From positions 1-55,662 of the IMG/VR virus record IMGVR_UViG_3300010150_000023: 55,662 bases of DNA; one strand, given 5' to 3'. The notes below the pieces were generated by a model. It was given only the letters and a program-made list of their open reading frames with translations, did no database searches and was not told where the DNA came from. Below, piece after piece: positions 49,647 through 55,662 of this stretch (its first letter is position 1; the number at the start of each line of letters is the position of its first letter). Source of the DNA: a virus (lineage: Duplodnaviria; Caudoviricetes). A program made the position numbers and the translations under genes.

Positions 49647-50190
49647 CTACATTCTCCCAAGGGTAAACTAACCAAACATCTTCTTCTGCTTTGTTTACTT
49701 CGTGTACGCTATAGTCTACGTGACCGTTAAAGTCACTTGATAAGTTATCTGTAATAGTAGCAAAGCGAACATTGTTATGCCATACTGTTTTCCAACTATC
49801 TTCGCCGGGTAAACAACTTGCTTGCCAGTCTTGCTTGATCCAGTCAAATGTAGCACCAGTATCATTAATATCATCTACAATAAGAATATTCTTACGTTTA
49901 CCTACGTCCCAACGGCTTTTAAATAAATCTCGTTGTTCTTCGTCTACGATACCAAATGCATCGTCTGCCATCCAACAATTACTTTCTTGCTCGCTACCGT
50001 CACGTAAACTTACTTTCAGTGCTTCGCCACGTACACCTAACATATTGCTTAGTATAGTAGCAGGCACATTACCACCACGGGTAATACCTACAATATAATC
50101 AGGACACCATTTGTCCTTATACATTTGTAGTGTAATATTTAAACAAGCATTTTCTACGTCTTGCCAACTGTAATAGTGTTTCTTAATCAT
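49636..50190 (-). CDS. Type I purine phosphoribosyltransferase-like protein
   Basis: VGITRGG, PRPP loop ILIVDDINDTGATF, WLVYPWE (gpt-like). Confidence 0.85.
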   Translation of the reverse strand: MIKKHYYSWQDVENACLNITLQMYKDKWCPDYIVGITRGGNVPATILSNMLGVRGEALKVSLRDGSEQESNCWMADDAFGIVDEEQRDLFKSRWDVGKRKNILIVDDINDTGATFDWIKQDWQASCLPGEDSWKTVWHNNVRFATITDNLSSDFNGHVDYSVHEVNKAEEDVWLVYPWENVGEY

Positions 50191-50199
50191 TATATCCTC

Positions 50200-50523
50200 T
50201 TACTCAACTAACATTTTCAAAAGTCCGCTTGCTAGTATCATAAACAAAGCGGCATTCAACATAATTAATGCTCTGTCATTCCAAAGCAATCCAACCCATA
50301 GCCAACCTGCTGTTCCTACAGTACTGAAGGCTAAATCATACATAGCAAGATCTCCACCAGCCGCTCTACATGCAACTGCTATCAATACAAAAAAACTACT
50401 GACCCATTTAACATACCAACTAAGATCAAACTTAGGTGTTTGCTTTGGAACAAGGTTTTGTGCTTCTACAATCTCTTGTACTTGTTCTTCAACAACATCT
50501 TTAATTGTATTTTTAACTGTCAT
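50200..50523 (-). CDS. Small membrane protein (about 3 TM helices)
   Basis: Hydrophobic segments; KWVSS, W.DRALIMLN. Confidence 0.75.
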   Translation of the reverse strand: MTVKNTIKDVVEEQVQEIVEAQNLVPKQTPKFDLSWYVKWVSSFFVLIAVACRAAGGDLAMYDLAFSTVGTAGWLWVGLLWNDRALIMLNAALFMILASGLLKMLVE

Positions 50524-51229
50524 ACAGTGTACCTTTGATCCTTCTTAAAATAGAGTCTTTAAGTCTTGCTTGTTTAAATCGTTTATATCTTTTTGCTAAC
50601 GGCACCCAACTTTCCCATGATGCTCCTGATGAAAGTGTAAGAGCAATGTCGTACAGCTCAGGAGTTAGGTCAAACCTTTGTAATTGTATAGCCTTGTTAG
50701 TATTAAAACTTACATATGCTAGTGCTTCATCTTCTTCAACTGTAAAGTTTTTAGCACCAGGATAGAAGTTATATTCTAAATTAATGGGTCTAAACCAGTC
50801 ACTTATGTTGAACCTTCCTGGCACAATACTACCTGATAATGTGTGCGGTGCCTTGTCCATATAAGGAGATGTTAGTGTTAAGTCTACATTGTCGTCTTCT
50901 GCAAAGAATATCCACTGTAAGTTATATTTTAATGTTTGATGATCTTTAAGACAACTATCTCTTGTTTGATAAACAGGTATAACAGACTCTACTTTTGCAA
51001 AACTATTATTCTGCACAATAGGCACATTAGTTCGCATAGGGTTAGTTAGTACTACAGTATTTTTTGCAAAGTCGCTAAATGCAGGACAATAAAAGAAATC
51101 ACTTTGTTTGTCTTGTATTTTTAAGTGTAGTTGACTTTTGCGATCCCATAAGGTTTGTGGCTCTGGATATATTACACTCCAGTCACGGTCCTCTGCTTGT
51201 GCAATAGGAGCATAGTATATCTTACTCAT
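50513..51229 (-). CDS. Hypothetical beta-rich protein
   Basis: 238 aa; YCPAF, VPGRFNISDWFRPIN. Confidence 0.7.
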   Translation of the reverse strand: MSKIYYAPIAQAEDRDWSVIYPEPQTLWDRKSQLHLKIQDKQSDFFYCPAFSDFAKNTVVLTNPMRTNVPIVQNNSFAKVESVIPVYQTRDSCLKDHQTLKYNLQWIFFAEDDNVDLTLTSPYMDKAPHTLSGSIVPGRFNISDWFRPINLEYNFYPGAKNFTVEEDEALAYVSFNTNKAIQLQRFDLTPELYDIALTLSSGASWESWVPLAKRYKRFKQARLKDSILRRIKGTLYDS

Positions 51230-51641
51230 CCTGAAGATACCTTTTATGACTTATCCAGTTGCCTTTCACTCTGAATCCCCAATCTGTTGCTTTCTTGCCC
51301 ATAAAGAACAAACTCCAGCAAGGTATTTCGTTACCGTCTGCATCTTTTGCAAGTTCTAAATAGTGTAAATCTTCTGATCTACGATATCGGAAATGACCAG
51401 GGCCTCGCCAAAAGCGTCCTTTAGGAGTATTTTCATAGTAGCCACCTTTTAAAATTAGTGTTGCATAATTCCAAGGATGATCATGTAATGTTTCTTCGTC
51501 ACTTTTTAAAACTTTGTGTAGTGTGACATTGAAAGGAAAGTTCTTTCTGTCCTTTAGAAACAAGTAATAACGTACAAGATACGGTTCACTTGTATTCCTA
51601 TCTTTAATTACACGTTTACGATTTTTTAAAAAATCAAACAT
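51222..51641 (-). CDS. Cupin-like (double-stranded beta-helix) protein
   Basis: LHDHPW, ILKGGYYE and a distal His (LHYLEL). Confidence 0.65.
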   Translation of the reverse strand: MFDFLKNRKRVIKDRNTSEPYLVRYYLFLKDRKNFPFNVTLHKVLKSDEETLHDHPWNYATLILKGGYYENTPKGRFWRGPGHFRYRRSEDLHYLELAKDADGNEIPCWSLFFMGKKATDWGFRVKGNWISHKRYLQDE

Positions 51642-51976
51642 TATGCTGAATCTTTCAATGTTTCAAAGGTTTCAATCTTTGCTAGTTCACGTTCGTATGC
51701 TTCTGCGGCACGTTTTAAGCCTGCATACTTTTCTTCTTTATCAAGATCTCTGCTTACAACTCCTAGTACACGTTGCATGTCTTTAATAGACTGCATAACG
51801 TCTACACCGCCTACTGTTAAATCACCTTCGATACTAACATCACCATTGGAAGTATAAATTGATGAAGGACTAGTAGTAAAACTATCATCCCACGAAGTTG
51901 TGTTTATAGTAATGTTATTATTCGAAGTAATGTAATCATCATCTAAACTAAGAGTAAATGTTCCGTCATCATTCAT
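51641..51976 (-). CDS. Hypothetical protein (start revised to MNDDGT)
   Basis: ATG at 51976 overlaps the glycosyltransferase stop. Confidence 0.7.
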   Translation of the reverse strand: MNDDGTFTLSLDDDYITSNNNITINTTSWDDSFTTSPSSIYTSNGDVSIEGDLTVGGVDVMQSIKDMQRVLGVVSRDLDKEEKYAGLKRAAEAYERELAKIETFETLKDSA

Positions 51977-53027
51977 TTGCAATCGCCTTATAAAGTTCAC
52001 TACCACTAAAGAATTCTTTGTTTAATTTAGTAACTTGTTTGTTTATACTTGGAAGAAAATCTTCATAGTTTTCCATGTATTCTACAATCTGTGTAACAAC
52101 TTTATCTTTGCTGTGTAAGTATGCGTCATAGTCTTCAGTCCATTTACTGTCATACTTAAATTCAGGTAATGCCATTTCACTGTAGCTGAGCCTGTCTGGC
52201 ACCATAGGAATAGCGTCAACTAGTGCGCCTTCGTACCAACTAATACCTAGTGTTTCTTGTAGGTTAGCACTAAACACCATCTTTGCTTCGCCTAGTAAGT
52301 TATGATATTCATTCTTTGTTAAATCACGTTCTTGACATACAACAAATTCATATTGTGGTAAACGTTCTGCAAGATCTCTAAAGATATCAACTTGCTTTTC
52401 AGGAGCAACTCTGTGTGGAAATAGTATAAGGTCTCGCTTTTCCATACCTTTGTAACTATCTAAACTGTTCTTTAGATACTCCATAGGCCAGCCAACACGA
52501 TGTATTCTATTCCAGTCAACTGCATAGTCTTCATCAAATACATCTGTAAACATATCAATATGAAAGTCACTTGCAAAAAAGTTATCATCATAACATTCAA
52601 ACATTGACATCTCAGCATGTCTTACCCAAGGCTTATTGCCTATGAGTCTGCCTAAAAAGTCTTGTGGATCATACGAACCAGCATGCCATAAGCCACCAAT
52701 AGCAATGTCAACACCTAGTAACTCCGCCATATACTTTAATTGTATAACAGTAGGGTTCCAAGCATCAGTGTATAAAAAGTAGTCGCCGTCTTTAACAGCA
52801 CCGTTACAAAACATTTCGCCTATGTGTTCTAGTTGTTTACTTTTGTAAACATTAGTACCACCAAAGTTTAGAAAGGCCCCAGGCGTAGTTGCCTGAGGTG
52901 TATCCCCGCCACTAATGACTTTTACATTTTCATTTGTAGCTCGTTGCAGTTGCTTTGGAAGATATTCTTTCCATTGCTTAGTATAACGTGTATCTACTGC
53001 TTCGATGTCTACAATGTAAATAGTCAT
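51969..53027 (-). CDS. GT-B fold glycosyltransferase (GT4-like)
   Basis: FPHRVAPEKQ; E-x7-E motif ETLGISWYE; PDRLSY.EM. Confidence 0.8.
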   Translation of the reverse strand: MTIYIVDIEAVDTRYTKQWKEYLPKQLQRATNENVKVISGGDTPQATTPGAFLNFGGTNVYKSKQLEHIGEMFCNGAVKDGDYFLYTDAWNPTVIQLKYMAELLGVDIAIGGLWHAGSYDPQDFLGRLIGNKPWVRHAEMSMFECYDDNFFASDFHIDMFTDVFDEDYAVDWNRIHRVGWPMEYLKNSLDSYKGMEKRDLILFPHRVAPEKQVDIFRDLAERLPQYEFVVCQERDLTKNEYHNLLGEAKMVFSANLQETLGISWYEGALVDAIPMVPDRLSYSEMALPEFKYDSKWTEDYDAYLHSKDKVVTQIVEYMENYEDFLPSINKQVTKLNKEFFSGSELYKAIANE

Positions 53028-53240
53028 TTAGTTTCTCCGTTGTTGAAAGTTTCGTCCACCATTACGTGCCTTTGCACGAATATAGTTTTGCCATTTTCCA
53101 TAAGCAATCCAAGTAGGGTGATCCTTTTTGTAAAGTGCTTTTTCATCGAACACTTTACCTTCAAAGCGACAGTAGTCGCGTAGTTTGTCCAAGTCGTTGA
53201 ATACTTTAGTGTACGCTTCACGATTGAATTTAATAGACAT
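53028..53240 (-). CDS. Small basic hypothetical protein (start revised to MSIKFN)
   Basis: Start after the stop of the upstream gene with GAGAG upstream; ends flush with the GT start. Confidence 0.7.
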   Translation of the reverse strand: MSIKFNREAYTKVFNDLDKLRDYCRFEGKVFDEKALYKKDHPTWIAYGKWQNYIRAKARNGGRNFQQRRN

Positions 53241-53262
53241 TTTAAGTTTCTCTCTCTTGTCA

Positions 53263-53742
53263 TTATCTAGGGTAGTAAATTGAACAGCCGTTTTCGTTGT
53301 CTTCTGCAACGCTAATCTCTACAAACCGGCCGGGGTATTTGTTAGAGATCATTTCGTATAGTTCGTCAGCGATCATCTCGCACGATCTATGATTTAGAAC
53401 AAGCACTTCACCGTCGGACGCACCTTGTCCATTATAAAGTCTTTCAAGCCATCTTTTGAATTGGATAAACTCGATGTCTCTATCGTTGTGGAACACTTCA
53501 ATGCGCACCCGGAAGTGGAATATATGACGATGAGGAATACCAAGAAACGACACATCGTCCCAATCACCTGTTGCCAACTTCGGATCACTATCTGCTCCTG
53601 GATACATGTGTACACCTTCTTTATTAAAGGTTACCCATATACTTCTCTGTGCATTATTTAGTGCGTTTTCTTTAGTCATCTTAGCATCTTCCTCTCTCAT
53701 TCTACGTCCCATATAATTGTAATACGATTCACGTTGTTCCAT
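53263..53742 (-). CDS. QueD-paralogue T-fold protein, DpdL-like
   Basis: LGIPHRHIF (LxxxHRHxF) in place of QueD CxxxHGH; DRDIEFIQFK, SCEMIA, V.ED.ENG. Confidence 0.7.
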   Translation of the reverse strand: MEQRESYYNYMGRRMREEDAKMTKENALNNAQRSIWVTFNKEGVHMYPGADSDPKLATGDWDDVSFLGIPHRHIFHFRVRIEVFHNDRDIEFIQFKRWLERLYNGQGASDGEVLVLNHRSCEMIADELYEMISNKYPGRFVEISVAEDNENGCSIYYPR

Positions 53743-53748
53743 ATTATT

Positions 53749-53777
53749 AGTATACTTTCATTTAATAACTTTGTCAA
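53749..53777 (-). promoter_or_regulatory. Sigma70-type promoter directly upstream of the DpdL-like gene
   Basis: TTGACA-17 nt-TATACT; 6 nt between the -10 box and ATG 53742. Confidence 0.7.
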
Positions 53778-54279
53778 GACCATATTTAGACCAATCGGTA
53801 AACTTTTCTCGATCCATTAAGTCATGTAGGCTATGACACCAAACACCTGGGTTACTTGCTTTAAAGTCTTTGTCATCAATCTTAACCATTGTATTATAGT
53901 TCCACTGTTTAATATATGGTACTACAACACGTATCTGCGGAATAAAGTTTTCATATTCTACTAGTCCGCCATCTAAGAACCATTCTAAGTTAATAGTACT
54001 TGGAATGTCTAAACTACACAAATAGCCTTCTTTTACAAATTCTAAAATGTATTTTTCCCATGCTACAAAGTCGTCTGCTGTTCTTGGCTTATATGAATGA
54101 TTTGCACCAAAGAATATGTGCTTACATTCTAACTTGTTATAGTATTCAATAATAGTTTCAATGTCTTGAATACCATCTACAAACAGTGTTTGCATACCAA
54201 ATGCAGGAGTTTTTTCAACTTCTACACCTGTAAACATAGTAGGTGTATCTAGTGTACCACTTTCATAATCTCGTTTCAT
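53758..54279 (-). CDS. Hypothetical protein within the DNA-modification cluster
   Basis: 173 aa; GVEVEKTP, HIFFGANHS, KIDDKDF..SNPGVWCH. Confidence 0.75.
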   Translation of the reverse strand: MKRDYESGTLDTPTMFTGVEVEKTPAFGMQTLFVDGIQDIETIIEYYNKLECKHIFFGANHSYKPRTADDFVAWEKYILEFVKEGYLCSLDIPSTINLEWFLDGGLVEYENFIPQIRVVVPYIKQWNYNTMVKIDDKDFKASNPGVWCHSLHDLMDREKFTDWSKYGLDKVIK

Positions 54280-54485
54280 TCTAAACCTAGCTGTATTAAT
54301 CTTGCATTAATTCTATGTATTTCATCTTTTAAATAAAGTTTCATAGTTTTCATTTTACGAACTTCATCTGTAACTGTCATATTATTATACTTTACTTCTA
54401 GTTCAGTGTCAAGCTCTTTATGCTTTCTTTCTAGCTCAATTAAATGACTTTTCAGTTTATCTTCTTCCAATTCATAGTTGCTCAT
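54276..54485 (-). CDS. Small coiled-coil protein, DUF465/YdcH-like
   Basis: LERKHKELD...KMKTMKLYLKDEI. Confidence 0.65.
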   Translation of the reverse strand: MSNYELEEDKLKSHLIELERKHKELDTELEVKYNNMTVTDEVRKMKTMKLYLKDEIHRINARLIQLGLE

Positions 54486-55662
54486 CCTCGAGATCCTCTA
54501 ATTTAGTTTCATCTAAAATTTCTTCTTCTTCAACAACTGTTTCTTCTACTTCAAACAATGCGTTAAAGTGTGTACTAGCGTTCATGGTCTTTTTACCAAT
54601 TGCTCCTCTAGTACCTGGAATAGCCATCCAAAACTTTGAATACTCATCAATTTTTGCTAGTGCTTCGTCTTTGTTGTCAATAGCAAATATTTCATTAACT
54701 ACATCTCTAAAGAACACTCTATCAAATGTTTCTTGTACAAGCATCTTAGGTACAATACCGTTGTCATATTGTCTATTTGCTTCTTGTACAGCATTAATGT
54801 GACTCCATACATTGTGACCCATTTGTATAGCATAGCTAAATGAATCCCATGATGTCTTTCCTTCTTTGCCTATCTTATTTAGGTCTCCTGGAGCATAAGT
54901 GCAAACGTCTGATACTTTGAGTTCTGCGGTAAGCGGCGAGTCTTCAAAGTTTTTAAATATCCCATCTGATATAACAGTGTCTCTAAATCCACGGTTGTCT
55001 GTAGCATATTTCTTATCGTCAACTGACGGCACCATTCGATACGTCCATTTGCTTCTGTCTTCAGTTTCATTCTGAATGTAGATTTGTCCATTCGCGGTTG
55101 CAAGGAAAGGACTAGCACAGTCAAATGTGGCAGTAAAGTTTTCATTATAATTCTTTCTTACAGCTCTTTGTATGTCAGTTAAAAGTGTAGCCCATTCTAG
55201 TTTAGATGTACCTAAGAAGTGCATTATATCGTGTACACCTTTTTGTAGTAGGTTATCAAAGTGTAATGTAACTATGCGTTTAAGAACCAAATGCACATCG
55301 CACATGTTCTGTCCACCCATCGACCAACCATTAAAATGATTGTCAGGATACTTAACTGGATCACAATAGTCTTTCATTTGCTCATACCAGTCATCTGCGT
55401 CTGCGTGATTTTCACCTTGTAAAACATTAAGGAACTTACAAGCACCTGTTCTATGTTTCATCCAGTAGTCGTTGTTAATGCGTGTCGCTTTAACTGCTTC
55501 GGCATATGTGCTTATGCCTGTTGCTTTAGCACCTGCTTCTGAACGTGCTACCCAGGCTGGAATATCAAGTACCATGCCATAGTCCATGTAAGCGTCCATC
55601 CAACGCAATACACCATCTCTTTTCTTTTGTGCTTTAGGACAATTAGGATCTTTCCAATCGCC
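54472..55662 (-). CDS. TGT-fold base-exchange enzyme, DpdA-like (5' end outside the window)
   Basis: Frame open to the window end; TGT-like motif order LDIP, NVLQG, GWSMGG, HFLG, FDCASPF; clustered with folE, queE and the QueD-like gene. Confidence 0.75.
   Translation of the reverse strand, partial: GDWKDPNCPKAQKKRDGVLRWMDAYMDYGMVLDIPAWVARSEAGAKATGISTYAEAVKATRINNDYWMKHRTGACKFLNVLQGENHADADDWYEQMKDYCDPVKYPDNHFNGWSMGGQNMCDVHLVLKRIVTLHFDNLLQKGVHDIMHFLGTSKLEWATLLTDIQRAVRKNYNENFTATFDCASPFLATANGQIYIQNETEDRSKWTYRMVPSVDDKKYATDNRGFRDTVISDGIFKNFEDSPLTAELKVSDVCTYAPGDLNKIGKEGKTSWDSFSYAIQMGHNVWSHINAVQEANRQYDNGIVPKMLVQETFDRVFFRDVVNEIFAIDNKDEALAKIDEYSKFWMAIPGTRGAIGKKTMNASTHFNALFEVEETVVEEEEILDETKLEDLEDEQL

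Noticed and set aside
41335-53309. N-terminal extensions in the ORF track (41397, 45752, 46708, 48352, 52006, 53309)
   Set aside because: They overlap upstream genes or promoters. Downstream ATGs with an SD or stop/start coupling are more plausible.
1-55662. Stop-codon reassignment as in some large phages
   Set aside because: Genes, including a 15.6-kb ORF, are intact in the standard code, and TAA, TAG and TGA all end genes at sensible boundaries.
1-55662. Host or taxonomic assignment
   Set aside because: Gene content indicates a large T4-related myovirus, but nothing in the window identifies the host or genus.

Overview
This is a 55.7-kb, AT-rich, gene-dense fragment of a large lytic myovirus with a T4-like gene set and jumbo-phage-style giant baseplate genes. 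It has three blocks. (1) Left, minus strand: gp55-like late sigma factor, gp47/gp46 (Mre11/Rad50-like) nuclease, a small ORF and a compact 149-aa GIY-YIG nuclease. Directly after the nuclease stop lies an ORF-poor, relatively GC-rich, heavily base-paired segment (1-296) that looks like a structured non-coding RNA and runs off the window. (2) Middle, plus strand, 4.7-38.4 kb: contractile-tail baseplate and fibre genes. These are tube-initiator-like, gp53, hub, gp5 with a C-terminal GH19 domain, gp25, gp6, a 5207-aa giant protein and three paralogous fibre genes, ending at a bidirectional terminator. (3) Right, minus strand: an Mtd_N-type fibre, hypothetical genes, a VWA-metallopeptidase/MoxR-AAA pair, an RNase H/5'-3' exonuclease and a 7-deazaguanine DNA-modification cluster. 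The cluster holds queE with a split Fe-S motif, folE, HIT, PRTase, a cupin, a GT-B glycosyltransferase, a DpdL-like QueD paralogue and a TGT/DpdA-like gene truncated by the window edge. Sigma70-type promoters and a TAAATA late box are readable; several late boxes sit in hairpins or are placed to give leaderless mRNAs. The best candidates for something new are the GIY-YIG plus putative ncRNA unit and the deazaguanine plus glycosyltransferase modification cluster. All calls come from reading motifs by eye; no searches were run.
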